Positions 1-9,647 of a DNA stretch of 64,000 bases are shown here, piece by piece. A model generated the notes under the pieces. The model worked only from the letters and a program-made list of their open reading frames with translations, was not told the origin of the DNA and made no database searches. Source of the stretch: a virus. The stretch spans positions 29,637 through 93,636 of the IMG/VR virus record IMGVR_UViG_3300005805_000056, one strand, 5' to 3'. Made by a program: the position numbers and the translations under genes. Position 1 is the stretch's first letter. The number at the start of each line of letters is the position of its first letter.

Positions 1-152
1 TGATGAATGGTTCAGACGGTCTGTATGTGCCTGAGCAAAATAAGATCGATCTGACTCCGTATCACAAAAATCTTCTAAACCAGATTGTCTCAAAATTCAA
101 AGCTGAAGATGGCTTCAGTGTCTCACACACTCACCCAGGTGCTCCTGTTTAA
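1..152 (+). CDS. 3' end of a hypothetical protein (probably truncated by the window edge)
   Basis: Open frame from nt 3 (MNGSDGLYVPEQ...GAPV*) whose TAA overlaps the ATG at 152. Confidence 0.55.
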   Translation, partial: MNGSDGLYVPEQNKIDLTPYHKNLLNQIVSKFKAEDGFSVSHTHPGAPV

Positions 153-1054
153 TGTTGGTGGCTTCTTGCACATCAGGACTTTGCAATAGGATCCACTCAC
201 TGTTGGGTTCAAAAATAATCGCTGATAGTCTTAATCGTGATTTTAAGATTTATTGGCCAAAAAACAGTGAGTTGGACGTTAGCTTTACGGACATATTTGA
301 TTCAGATTTAAGCATTATTTCTGATCATGAGTTGTCATACAGGCTACTAGATGCTAGAGTCACCTGTAAAGTCTACAATGCAGGTTTAGTTCCTCCTCAC
401 GAATACACCAACATACGAAGAGATGATCCACACGACATCATAGTCATAAAGTCTTGGACTGCTCCAGTATTTTCAGGACAATTTCACACCGAAGATCACA
501 GAGATGCACTTAAGACACTTCTGTCAAGTATTCCATTCAAAAGAGAGATCTTGGCCAAAGCGTCTCCTTCGAAATACTCATCTTACATTGGAATCCATCT
601 CAGATATGGTGACTACAGGCCTGAAGGTGTAAATCACCTTGACTGCTTTAGTGGAGCCTCTGAAGAGGCATTTAAGGCTTTAATGCACAGAATTGTAAGT
701 GCAAGACCCACTACTAGATTCTACATAAGCTGTCCAAATTTACGGATAAAACAATCTCTATCTGAACATTTTCATGCTGATTATCTTGACATAAATCCCT
801 ACCGCTCAGTGGATGGTGTTAAAGACGCTGTCATAGACTTGATGAATCTAAGTGGATGTGCGTTTGTTTTTGGTTCGTCATCAAGCCAGTTTAGCCAGTT
901 TGTAGGTCTTTTGTCCAACAAGCCTGTTGGAACAATAGGAGGTCCACCAAGTCGTAGGTTTGAATTTGTAGAAGGACCATTCTCACTTGAGACCAACGAG
1001 GACGAAATGCTTAGCTGTGCCCTAAATCGCCTAGATGGATGTATGACCCAGTAG
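152..1054 (+). CDS. Fucosyltransferase-like glycosyltransferase (NodZ/O-FucT, GT-B fold)
   Basis: GLCNR N-terminal motif, IGIHLRYGD, and AVIDLMNLSGC..FGSSSSQFS GDP-sugar-binding pattern. Confidence 0.7.
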   Translation: MLVASCTSGLCNRIHSLLGSKIIADSLNRDFKIYWPKNSELDVSFTDIFDSDLSIISDHELSYRLLDARVTCKVYNAGLVPPHEYTNIRRDDPHDIIVIKSWTAPVFSGQFHTEDHRDALKTLLSSIPFKREILAKASPSKYSSYIGIHLRYGDYRPEGVNHLDCFSGASEEAFKALMHRIVSARPTTRFYISCPNLRIKQSLSEHFHADYLDINPYRSVDGVKDAVIDLMNLSGCAFVFGSSSSQFSQFVGLLSNKPVGTIGGPPSRRFEFVEGPFSLETNEDEMLSCALNRLDGCMTQ

Positions 1055-1897
1055 GAATTCGGTCTGAATGCCAGCTTCATTCATAGAATCTGTCATTCTA
1101 TTTCTTACTAAGGAAAAACCAAGGTATGGACTTGTAAATGGGTAGCGCTTAGACTTTTCTCTCATGGTTAAGCTCGCCACTCTGTCTAACTCTGGCTTTT
1201 CAGCCTGTGATATTGTTGAGTTAACCTCCTGATGTTTAAGCACTGGGATTGATGGATTGATGTCCACACAATACTGCTGTATGCCCATGATGCTTTGGTG
1301 TCCAGCATAGCGAGCTCTTATGGTATAGTCACAGTGTTCCTCACCAAATCGGCCAAATTGAGGATCAAAATAACCAATACTTTCCACGAGCTTTCTCGTG
1401 ATTGACATCATCATGCCAGTCATTCTGGAAAGCTTTTTAAGAGCAAATCCCCTATAGATCACAGGAGTGCACTTGTACTGTGTGCTTGTGAAGTCACAGA
1501 AACAAAAAAGCTCAATCTGGGTTCCATCATGAGCATCTCTATAAGCTTTGGCTGCATTTCCAACAAACTCAATATCATCATTGCACAGCAGCAAATGATC
1601 GGCTGTGGTCTCCTCCATGAACCACTTAAGTGCTCTATTGCTGTTGCCAGCAACACCCAGATTGTCTGTTCCTAGAAATGCTTGTACAGTTCCACCACCA
1701 AGAATGTGCTGTGTAGCCATCAGATCTGGTCTTGGTATCTTAGGTAAGGTGGAATTGAGCCAAAAACGAGTGGTGTCCTGCTGTCCACAGTCCTCAAAAA
1801 TAGCTATGTCTTTGACTTTGTTTTGATTCATGATGCTTTCAAGAATCTTTTGCAAGGCCGGAAGACGATTGTAAGTCAGAATGGCAATAGCAGTCAT
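1031..1897 (-). CDS. GT2-family glycosyltransferase
   Basis: IAILTYNR, GVAGNSN, LLLCNDD (DxD-like), IGYFDPQFGRFGEEHCDYTIR. Confidence 0.8.
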   Translation of the reverse strand: MTAIAILTYNRLPALQKILESIMNQNKVKDIAIFEDCGQQDTTRFWLNSTLPKIPRPDLMATQHILGGGTVQAFLGTDNLGVAGNSNRALKWFMEETTADHLLLCNDDIEFVGNAAKAYRDAHDGTQIELFCFCDFTSTQYKCTPVIYRGFALKKLSRMTGMMMSITRKLVESIGYFDPQFGRFGEEHCDYTIRARYAGHQSIMGIQQYCVDINPSIPVLKHQEVNSTISQAEKPELDRVASLTMREKSKRYPFTSPYLGFSLVRNRMTDSMNEAGIQTEFLLGHTSI

Positions 1898-1904
1898 GTG
1901 CTCA

Positions 1905-1909
1905 AGAAC
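1905..1909 (-). promoter_or_regulatory. GTTCT-class putative promoter
   Basis: GTTCTTGAG; GTTCT core 7 nt before ATG 1897. Confidence 0.55.
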
Positions 1910-1920
1910 TTGTATCTAGA

Positions 1921-2211
1921 TTGATGTCGAATCAGCCACCTATGGTTGAACCTCTGCCCGTTCAACCATCACAACCTCTTACTATTGAGCTGAGAAGAGA
2001 ACCGGGCCTAGACTGGTTTGTGCTTAATGTTAGTGATGGCTCATCAGAGGAATTGGATCCAGAAGATGCCCGTAGTTGGTTTAGAATGCGTGGGGCCAAT
2101 ATGGACGCAGTTGAAAAGGCGTTAGACTACTGTTGGAACTTCTATAATGCAACAATTGTAATCAAGAACCCAAAGACGCCCAAGCGCTCACCATTAGAGC
2201 CATTGGTGTAA
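1921..2211 (+). CDS. Hypothetical protein
   Basis: 96-aa ORF filling the gap before the protease; no motif recognised. Confidence 0.6.
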   Translation: MMSNQPPMVEPLPVQPSQPLTIELRREPGLDWFVLNVSDGSSEELDPEDARSWFRMRGANMDAVEKALDYCWNFYNATIVIKNPKTPKRSPLEPLV

Positions 2212-2300
2212 TGTCCGAAGATTAGCTTTGAAGTTCAATCATTTTAGCGCTGATAGAGATAAAACGTCTGAGTCATCGTTTACACCCTGGCTTTTAATAC

Positions 2301-3857
2301 GTGGCAAAGCAATACCTTGTTGATTCATGTGATTTCATCATTGATAGACAGAAAGGTCTAGTCAATGAAGATCTCGGTGGTGGCTTTAAGGCCACAAAGG
2401 CCATAGGTCGCCTTGGCTTTTGTGACGAAGTCAATGGTAATCGCCGAATCTATACGAGAAAAGTTTGGGAGGCCAACTTTAAGGATGGAAGTCTTCTTCG
2501 TAAGCGTTTGGCTGAGAATAAGACTTTCGGTCTTCTTGAGCATCCATCTGATGGTCAGGTTACATTGCTCAGCCCAATCAGCCACATCGTTACATCCGCT
2601 CAGCTCAATGAGGACGGATCTATAACGGGTGAACTAGTATTCCTTGACACAGCTGAAGGCCGCAAGATGCAAGCGTTGATTGCGGCTGGCTACAACCCAA
2701 CAGTCTCAAGCAGAGGCTATGGTAGCCTGGTTAAAAATTCAGAGGGTATTGACATAGTCCAAGAAGACTATATTTGCGAAGGCTGGGACGTTGTAATGAC
2801 TCCCAGCTTTTCTAATGCCGTAGTTGAGCCAGTCGGTGAATCCAAGATTTCGAAGCGCTCCGTTACTACTGTAACAGAGAGCTCGATTCAGGGAGCCAAA
2901 ACTCCAGTAGCTAAACAAACACCAAAAAATACCATGGACGCGAATCAAATTCGTCAGTCATTGCAGTCATTCGCGGGCCTGGAAGTCAGCAAGCTGACTC
3001 CACAACGGTACGCTGAAGGCATGCGCCAGATGGAAACTCTCCATCAGCATGTTGAGGCTTGGTGCAGTGAGGATACAGCTAATCGTCGTTGGGACGGAAC
3101 ACGTCTCCACGAAGAGATTACAGCCATCCAGAATACCTGGAGCTCGGCTATTGCTGCCCCCACTGCCCAAGTTGAGCGTCTCAGCGTGGAGAAGCAGAAG
3201 CTGCTTTCAGTCACCGAGAAGATCGTTCAAACCGGCGTGACCTTGAAGAACAAACTCAAGGAATCGCTTGACGCCAACACTAAGTTGATGGAGGTCAACC
3301 AACGTAACCTTGCCCGCGGCCGCGCCTGGAAGCAATTTGCTGAAAGCGTTCAAGCTGACCAGGGTACGCTGAATGAGAAGTATGATGTTGCTACCACTGC
3401 GCTGGAGATTCTGGCCAAGCGGTACAAGTCACTTCAGGCCGAGAGCAACGACTCTGTCGTTCGCCTTGGTCGTCGAGTTCTCGAGCTTGAGTTTTCTGAT
3501 AAGCTCAAGACCGATACTGATTTTGCGGCTAAGTTGAAGGAAGCTAAGACTCCAGAGGCTCTTGCCTCTCTGCGTGAGTCTATCCAGCCAGCTAAGAAGG
3601 CTGAAGCTCCTAAGGCTGCCGCGGTTGGAACCCCAGCGGCTTCAACAACCACTGTCCCTGCGACGAATGAGTCTAAGGAGAATGTTGAAACCAAGGCCAC
3701 TATTACTGAGGCCAAGGTTGAGACTTCAACCCCAGTCACTGAGTCAAAGGACACGGGCAAGCTCGGTACCATTGTGGTTCCGGTTGGCAATCCCCGTAAC
3801 ATTAGTGAGAGTATTGCCATTGCCCGTCGTCTCTCGACCTCGGGTTCACAACAATAA
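2301..3857 (+). CDS. Prohead protease (T4 gp21-like) fused to coiled-coil scaffold (gp22-like)
   Basis: NGNRRIY, GLLEHP, VSSRGYGSL, WDVVMTPSFSNA, followed by a coiled-coil region rich in xTES/LxE sites; lies directly before the capsid gene. Confidence 0.88.
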   Translation: MAKQYLVDSCDFIIDRQKGLVNEDLGGGFKATKAIGRLGFCDEVNGNRRIYTRKVWEANFKDGSLLRKRLAENKTFGLLEHPSDGQVTLLSPISHIVTSAQLNEDGSITGELVFLDTAEGRKMQALIAAGYNPTVSSRGYGSLVKNSEGIDIVQEDYICEGWDVVMTPSFSNAVVEPVGESKISKRSVTTVTESSIQGAKTPVAKQTPKNTMDANQIRQSLQSFAGLEVSKLTPQRYAEGMRQMETLHQHVEAWCSEDTANRRWDGTRLHEEITAIQNTWSSAIAAPTAQVERLSVEKQKLLSVTEKIVQTGVTLKNKLKESLDANTKLMEVNQRNLARGRAWKQFAESVQADQGTLNEKYDVATTALEILAKRYKSLQAESNDSVVRLGRRVLELEFSDKLKTDTDFAAKLKEAKTPEALASLRESIQPAKKAEAPKAAAVGTPAASTTTVPATNESKENVETKATITEAKVETSTPVTESKDTGKLGTIVVPVGNPRNISESIAIARRLSTSGSQQ

Positions 3858-3875
3858 CAACAACATCAATAAGAT

Positions 3876-5327
3876 ATGGTCATCATTGCACCTAGTGGCC
3901 GCCCTGAGCTGGCCACAGAAGGCGGTGGCGTAACACGCTTCACCGAAATCTATGAGTGGGGCAAGCGCCTGGCGGATACTGACGTCGGAGTAGCAGAGGG
4001 GTCTGATCGTGGACTCTGGGAAGCTCTCGGATGGAAGCAGTTCGTCTCGCACATGCCGGAGTACAAGCGGCCCATCGCCGCTATCATGCTCGAAAACTGC
4101 CGTCGTAAGTTCGGTCGCCTCGATGAGGTTACCCGTACTTCCAACCTCGGCACTTTCGACAAGTGGATCTTCCCAGTCATCTCCAACATGGCTGAGAATG
4201 ATGTCATCGACCAGCTCGTCGCCCTCCAGCCCATGGCTGGTCCGGTGTCCCAGATCGTCTACCTCGACATCATCACTGGTCGTCGTAAGGGTCAGACTCC
4301 TAAGGGTGCTCCGATGTGGCGCGCTCTCGGTGGTGCGGTTGACCGCGATGACGATAGCTCTGAGCTCGTTTCTAACGAGACTGGTGCTCTCGCTGGTGGC
4401 GCTGCTACCCTCGAGTGGACTCCGCTCCGTCCTGGCACTATCCAGCTGACGATCGGCAATGACACGACCACTGATGACGGCAACGGTGCGATTATCGCCA
4501 CCGGCGCTATCACAGGTGGTACTGTGAACTACGTGAACGGTGCCTTCACTGTCACCGGCGTTTCCTCCACTGCTTCGTACTCGGTTACCTACCAGTTCAA
4601 CTCGGAAGGTAATCAGTCGATCATGGACTACGAGGTCAAGATCAGCTCCACCCCTGTCACTGCGCAGGTAATGAAGCTGAAGGCCGTGTGGTCCGAGGAA
4701 GCTGATCAGAACCTCTCCGCGATGTACAACATCCGCGCTGAGTCGATTCTGCTCAACGCCATCACCAACGCGCTTCAGTATCAGAAGCATCGTCAGGTCA
4801 TCTTCGACCTGCGTGCCCGTGCTGACGCTGGTTTCGTTACCTGGGATGCTACGCCTCCCTCGAACGTCAACTACCAGACCCACAAGTACTCGTTCATTGA
4901 TGCTATGGAGACTGCCTCCAACTTCATCTTTGGTTCGACGAACATGGTTGCTGGTAACTGGGCGCTGCTCGGCCTCCAGTCCGCCACCGTTGTTGCCACG
5001 CTGCCGCACTTCGTGCCGCGTAACAACCGCGTTGAGATGCAGGGTATCACCTACATCGGTGACCTCGGCAACAAGAAGATCTTCGCTGATCCTCACTATC
5101 CGACCAACGAGTTCCTCGTTGGCCACAAGGGTGACCAGTTCCTCCGTACCGGCTACGTCCTAGCTGAGTACCAGAAGCTGTACACCACCCCTGATATCAT
5201 GCTGCCTGACTTCCTCCATCAACGGGGCTTCGCGACCAGCTTCGCGAAGAAGATGATCAACTCGAAGTTCTACGCCCGCGGCATTGTGCAAAATGCTCCG
5301 AGCTCCTTCGGTCCAGTCATCGGCTAA
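3876..5327 (+). CDS. Major capsid protein (T4 gp23-like, HK97 fold)
   Basis: AIMLEN, LVALQPMAGPVSQIVYL, KLKAVWSEEADQNL; very strong codon bias; followed by a terminator. Confidence 0.93.
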   Translation: MVIIAPSGRPELATEGGGVTRFTEIYEWGKRLADTDVGVAEGSDRGLWEALGWKQFVSHMPEYKRPIAAIMLENCRRKFGRLDEVTRTSNLGTFDKWIFPVISNMAENDVIDQLVALQPMAGPVSQIVYLDIITGRRKGQTPKGAPMWRALGGAVDRDDDSSELVSNETGALAGGAATLEWTPLRPGTIQLTIGNDTTTDDGNGAIIATGAITGGTVNYVNGAFTVTGVSSTASYSVTYQFNSEGNQSIMDYEVKISSTPVTAQVMKLKAVWSEEADQNLSAMYNIRAESILLNAITNALQYQKHRQVIFDLRARADAGFVTWDATPPSNVNYQTHKYSFIDAMETASNFIFGSTNMVAGNWALLGLQSATVVATLPHFVPRNNRVEMQGITYIGDLGNKKIFADPHYPTNEFLVGHKGDQFLRTGYVLAEYQKLYTTPDIMLPDFLHQRGFATSFAKKMINSKFYARGIVQNAPSSFGPVIG

Positions 5328-5342
5328 GCTAGCTGATTAAGC

Positions 5343-5376
5343 AAAACCCACCTGGAGAAATCCAGGTGGGTTTTTT
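5343..5376. terminator. Bidirectional intrinsic terminator
   Basis: AAAA-CCCACCTGGA-GAAA-TCCAGGTGGG-TTTTTT between convergent genes. Confidence 0.9.
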
Positions 5377-6050
5377 CATGCACGAATAACCTTACTTGCC
5401 TTGATGGAATAGTCCGTCGTTCCGTCTTTTCTCTTATATTTTACAACTTTACCCAATACGTAGACTTTTCTCCCTCCAATCAGTGGTTCAGCAACTGACC
5501 AAGCATTTGTATAGTTCACCCACACATGGTCAGCCAAAGTTGTCTTCTTGCCAAATAGCTTTACTTGACTCAACATCAAACTTTTATTTGATGTTCCGAT
5601 GAATCCTCGATGGCCGATGGTCACCGAGAAAAGGATCTTCTCTTGGCGCCCGCACAGCAGGGCCAACAACCTAGACGTATTTTTCTCAAAAAATTCCCTG
5701 AAATTTTTGACATTGTCCAGTTCAACTACTTTAACATCTTTTTCATGCTCAAAGTACTGAAGCAATGTTGTTCCACTCAGATATTTTCTGACAAGAAGAT
5801 AGTGCTCATAAGCATCTAAGCATTCATCGTACTGATCACAAAGCCAATTGTTCGTAGTAACATCGTCTAGAGAATTTAAGCCACAATCATTTCTGATACA
5901 GGGTGGCCAGAATGGACCCCTAATTAGGGCATACATTGTTCCTAAACGACTTGGAGCCGATTCAACCTTTCTGACCCAAATTTCAGGTTTATTTTTTCTA
6001 CCGACATCCTTAATCGATGTCACCAGGTTATGTCCATATGAGTTATTCAT
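5376..6050 (-). CDS. Hypothetical protein with possible C-terminal OB-like domain
   Basis: 224-aa ORF, lower GC; ADHVWV...GKVVKYKRKDGTTDY. Confidence 0.6.
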   Translation of the reverse strand: MNNSYGHNLVTSIKDVGRKNKPEIWVRKVESAPSRLGTMYALIRGPFWPPCIRNDCGLNSLDDVTTNNWLCDQYDECLDAYEHYLLVRKYLSGTTLLQYFEHEKDVKVVELDNVKNFREFFEKNTSRLLALLCGRQEKILFSVTIGHRGFIGTSNKSLMLSQVKLFGKKTTLADHVWVNYTNAWSVAEPLIGGRKVYVLGKVVKYKRKDGTTDYSIKASKVIRA

Positions 6051-6058
6051 ATGGAAGC

Positions 6059-6087
6059 AGTGTACTCACCTCACCCTAAATTGTAAA
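6059..6087 (-). promoter_or_regulatory. Sigma70-type promoter (probably early, leaderless)
   Basis: TTTACA-N17-TACACT ending 8 nt before ATG 6050. Confidence 0.65.
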
Positions 6088-6095
6088 CATTTTTC

Positions 6096-6779
6096 ATGGA
6101 AAGTATCAAGACGAAGGTAAAAGCTAAGAAGCTCGTTGACTTTGAGAGCTTGGACGAGATGGCTCTTCACGCCTGGTTAATCGTCCACGAGCACTGCCGT
6201 AAGGAGTTTTATGACAGCTGGAACTCAATTAGCTTGGCGTCTGTGGACGTGATCTCTGAGGAGTTTTTCTTTAGAAACTACCTCTGGTGCGTCTATGTCA
6301 GTGGTTTCTCAGCCAAGGCCGTGACAGCCAACTATGACAAACTTCTTGTGGCCCATAACCTGGTCGATGGCCGTGGACGCTTTGTCCCGTCAGAGATTGC
6401 CAGTCCTCCGGACAAAGATCAAGTCTTTAAGATCTGGCGAAACCATGCAAAGTTCAACGCCATCTTTAAGACCAGAGCTGAGGTAAGGGAGGGCTGGTCT
6501 CCTTTTAGAAAACGCTATCTGGAGGACAGAGATCCATTGGCCATACAAAACATCGCCTTCATGGGTCCAGCGCTCTCCATGCACCTTGCACGTAATCTGG
6601 GAGCTGTCCAATTGGTAAAGCCTGATGTGCACCTTGTTAGGCTGGCCAAGAAGTTTGGATTTGATACAGCCCACAACCTTTGTCTGGGTGCTCGAGATGC
6701 TTGTCCTCGCATGGCTGACTGGCCACTTGGCAAAGTAGATTTGCTACTCTGGTACGCTGCTGCGACGATACGTAGTTAG
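6096..6779 (+). CDS. HhH-GPD DNA glycosylase-fold protein
   Basis: IAFMGPALSMHLARNLG (HhH-like), KPDVHLVRLA, GKVDLLLW. Confidence 0.6.
   Translation: MESIKTKVKAKKLVDFESLDEMALHAWLIVHEHCRKEFYDSWNSISLASVDVISEEFFFRNYLWCVYVSGFSAKAVTANYDKLLVAHNLVDGRGRFVPSEIASPPDKDQVFKIWRNHAKFNAIFKTRAEVREGWSPFRKRYLEDRDPLAIQNIAFMGPALSMHLARNLGAVQLVKPDVHLVRLAKKFGFDTAHNLCLGARDACPRMADWPLGKVDLLLWYAAATIRS
6773..6778 (+). promoter_or_regulatory. TAGTTA-class putative late promoter
   Basis: GTAGTTAG; TAGTTA core 4 nt before GTG 6783. Confidence 0.55.
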
Positions 6780-6782
6780 TCT

Positions 6783-9644
6783 GTGACGACAGCAGCCGCT
6801 CAAGCACAAGCACTAGCCAACGGGTTGGCCCAATCAAGTAAGTCAATAGCTGACAGTACAAAGGTTACTAGTCAGTACTTTGACTCTTTTGTCAAGCGCA
6901 TCAAGGAAGCTGATGCGGTTTTCAACAGTGGTCAGATGTCTAAGACTCTGAAGGCAATCACTGGTGATGCTAGAACCGCTGATCAAGCCAGAGTGGCAGT
7001 TAGTCGTCTGTCCAACGAATACCGTCAGCTTCAAGCCTCAGTGACAGGTGGGTTGGGCACTGCCATCACCGAGATTGGAAATGCCTTGGCCCAAGCTACA
7101 GCCGCTGGTATTCCTCTAGGCATATCTCAAATCAATGACGAGCTTACCCGGCTAAATGAGATTGCTGGACAGTCTGCTTTGTCTGGTGCAGTTTCTCAAG
7201 CCTTCAAGCTTAAGACTCTGATCACGTCAGCTCTCACTGACACCAGTGATTCAGCTGGTCAGAAGATCAAGAATATCGCGGCTGGCACCCTTAAAAACTT
7301 TGAGTCCTACGAGACAGGCCTCAATGCATTGAGCATTACCATCAGCGCGGATGCTCAAACCATAGCCACTGACATCAAGAAGTTGTCCGACACCATCAGA
7401 ACCACTCAAGCATCTGATGTTGAGAATCTTCGAGCCATGTTGCTCAATCTTGGCGCTCTTCAAGAGAGCTTCCAAGCTGAGATGGACAAGAGCAAGACTG
7501 TTGTCACCCAGTTCACCAGCCAAGCTGATTTGGTTGCGGCAAGTCTGCAACGCATACGAAATGCTGACCCAACAGGAGCACTCACTTCGACAATATCTGC
7601 ATTTGAGGACTTAGTACAGAGGGCCAGGGATACATCTAAACAACTTCTTACAAATGTTGCTGAAGACAGATTTAAGCAACTGCGTGACATCAGTTTCAGA
7701 CTTATTGGTGAGATCAAGGACTCGTTGTTTGGCCAGTTGTATGGTCTTGTAAAGACACAGCTTGACGCCTTTCAGAAAGGCTTTGAAACGTTTGCCAGCA
7801 ACATTGGCACACGCAGTGTTCTCTTCGCTCAAGGTTTGAAAGCTGCCTTTCAAGGTGGTGGCACAGTGGCTACCACTGTTGAAGCCATGGCCACACTCGG
7901 CAGACTCAATTTCAAGGCTGGAACGGACGAGTTAACCACATCTGCAGCCATGGCCGTGAAGATGGCTGAGGCTCTTGGAATCAGTGGTGACAATGCTGCA
8001 CACCTGGTCTTCTACACCAAGCAAGCTGGTGTGGATCTGGTTCAGATGGGTGACACACTGGCCACCATTCGTGAGAACACTCGTCTCACAGCTGATGAGT
8101 TTGGCCGATTCACTAAGGACCTGGGCGAAGCCCTGATGATCATGGGCAACATCAGCAACTATGCCCAAGTGATCAAGAGCACACTAAAGATTGATGATGC
8201 TCTTCGTCAATTCACTGGCATGTCTGGTGACTACGTCCAGTTTTTCAAGCGCATGGCCACAACGACTGAGGGCATGCAGACAGCCATGGCGTTGGGCATC
8301 AATCCTGAGAATCTTGGCAACGACACTGAGCAGAGACGATTCATCGCCAGCATGGGTGCCTATGTGGACCAGCTGACAAAGAATCAGCCAATGCTCCAGC
8401 AGATTGCTATACTCGAGGATCTTTCAGTTCAAACTGGCCTGTCTGTGGTGTCACTTCGTAATCTGTCTAAGGCCGCTGCAGAGTTGAACTCTCGTACAGA
8501 GGATTCTATATCGTTAGATCAACGATATGCCAACGAAGTAGCAAACCTTGGAAAGTCTGTTTCATCCATATCTGAGAGCCTCCAGAAGCTGCTATCCGCT
8601 GGAATGTGGCCATTTGTTGCTGTGCTTTCACAGGTGGCTGGTGGTGTTGCTTGGCTGCTTGAAAAACTCAGAGGTCTTCCGTTGGTGTTTGAGACACTCG
8701 CCGTTGTTGGTGGTGTTGTGGCCGTGGGTGCTTTAGGACTACTAATCAACAGCATCAAGCAGTTGGCCATAGTTGCTCCTATTGCCATGGCTGGACTTCG
8801 GGCCTTAAATGCTCAACTACTGGCCACTAGCACTGGAGCAGCTGTTTCAGGAGCTATGTCAGCTGCGGGTGCTGGAGCTGGCGCAGCAGGTGCTGCGGCC
8901 TCCACAGGCATAGGGGCCATGCTAATGAATTTTCTGGTTAACCCTCTTAAGGTAGTTTTCGTGCCTGTGGCCAAAGCCTTACTAGCCTTAGTCAATCCTC
9001 TTACACTAGTTGCTGCTGCACTAACCTTAGCTGCGGGTGGAATCTACAAGCTTGTAACTGGAAGAAATCCTGTATCAGATTTAAGAGACGTAATTTCTCA
9101 AGGTAGAGAAAATGATGAAGCCAGAGGCCGTGATGCTGAATCAATCCGAAAGGCCATTTTACGTCGCACATCTGAAGCGCGTGGCGCCTCAATAAGCACT
9201 GCTGAAGGATTAACTGACGCTGAAAGGTTGAAGTCAATCACTGTTGAAGGTGCTGGTGGTCGTTCAACAAGTTTTGGCCAGATGCTTGCCACTCGTGAAA
9301 AAGACATTGCTGAAATGATGAGTGGAGCGAGTGGCGCTCAAACCATATCTGCCGCTCAAGCCGCTGAGTTCAAGAGTGAGTTGGCTCAACGTGATGTTAT
9401 CTACCTTAGAAATGCTATTGCAGCTAAGGAAAGCCAGCTTGTCACTGAGAGTCGTCCTCCTTCTAAGAATGAGACTGATCAGTTGGCCTTGCTAACTGAA
9501 ATGGTTAAGTATCTGGAGAGACAAGTATCGATTTCACAGAATCAAGCTGATGATGCTCGTAAGCAACAAGACGAACGTGACCTCTATGAGCAGATGCAGC
9601 GAATCCAGAGGTACGGTGACTACTCCACACAATCTGCTTTTTAA
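6783..9644 (+). CDS. Tail tape measure protein
   Basis: 953 aa, helical and Ala/Leu-rich, hydrophobic TM-like segments and Gly/Ala stretch in the C-terminal third. Confidence 0.8.
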   Translation: MTTAAAQAQALANGLAQSSKSIADSTKVTSQYFDSFVKRIKEADAVFNSGQMSKTLKAITGDARTADQARVAVSRLSNEYRQLQASVTGGLGTAITEIGNALAQATAAGIPLGISQINDELTRLNEIAGQSALSGAVSQAFKLKTLITSALTDTSDSAGQKIKNIAAGTLKNFESYETGLNALSITISADAQTIATDIKKLSDTIRTTQASDVENLRAMLLNLGALQESFQAEMDKSKTVVTQFTSQADLVAASLQRIRNADPTGALTSTISAFEDLVQRARDTSKQLLTNVAEDRFKQLRDISFRLIGEIKDSLFGQLYGLVKTQLDAFQKGFETFASNIGTRSVLFAQGLKAAFQGGGTVATTVEAMATLGRLNFKAGTDELTTSAAMAVKMAEALGISGDNAAHLVFYTKQAGVDLVQMGDTLATIRENTRLTADEFGRFTKDLGEALMIMGNISNYAQVIKSTLKIDDALRQFTGMSGDYVQFFKRMATTTEGMQTAMALGINPENLGNDTEQRRFIASMGAYVDQLTKNQPMLQQIAILEDLSVQTGLSVVSLRNLSKAAAELNSRTEDSISLDQRYANEVANLGKSVSSISESLQKLLSAGMWPFVAVLSQVAGGVAWLLEKLRGLPLVFETLAVVGGVVAVGALGLLINSIKQLAIVAPIAMAGLRALNAQLLATSTGAAVSGAMSAAGAGAGAAGAAASTGIGAMLMNFLVNPLKVVFVPVAKALLALVNPLTLVAAALTLAAGGIYKLVTGRNPVSDLRDVISQGRENDEARGRDAESIRKAILRRTSEARGASISTAEGLTDAERLKSITVEGAGGRSTSFGQMLATREKDIAEMMSGASGAQTISAAQAAEFKSELAQRDVIYLRNAIAAKESQLVTESRPPSKNETDQLALLTEMVKYLERQVSISQNQADDARKQQDERDLYEQMQRIQRYGDYSTQSAF

Positions 9645-9647
9645 GAT

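Noticed and set aside
3846-5126. 426-aa antisense ORF over the capsid gene
   Set aside because: Expected shadow of the MCP's strong codon bias; no motifs and no upstream signal
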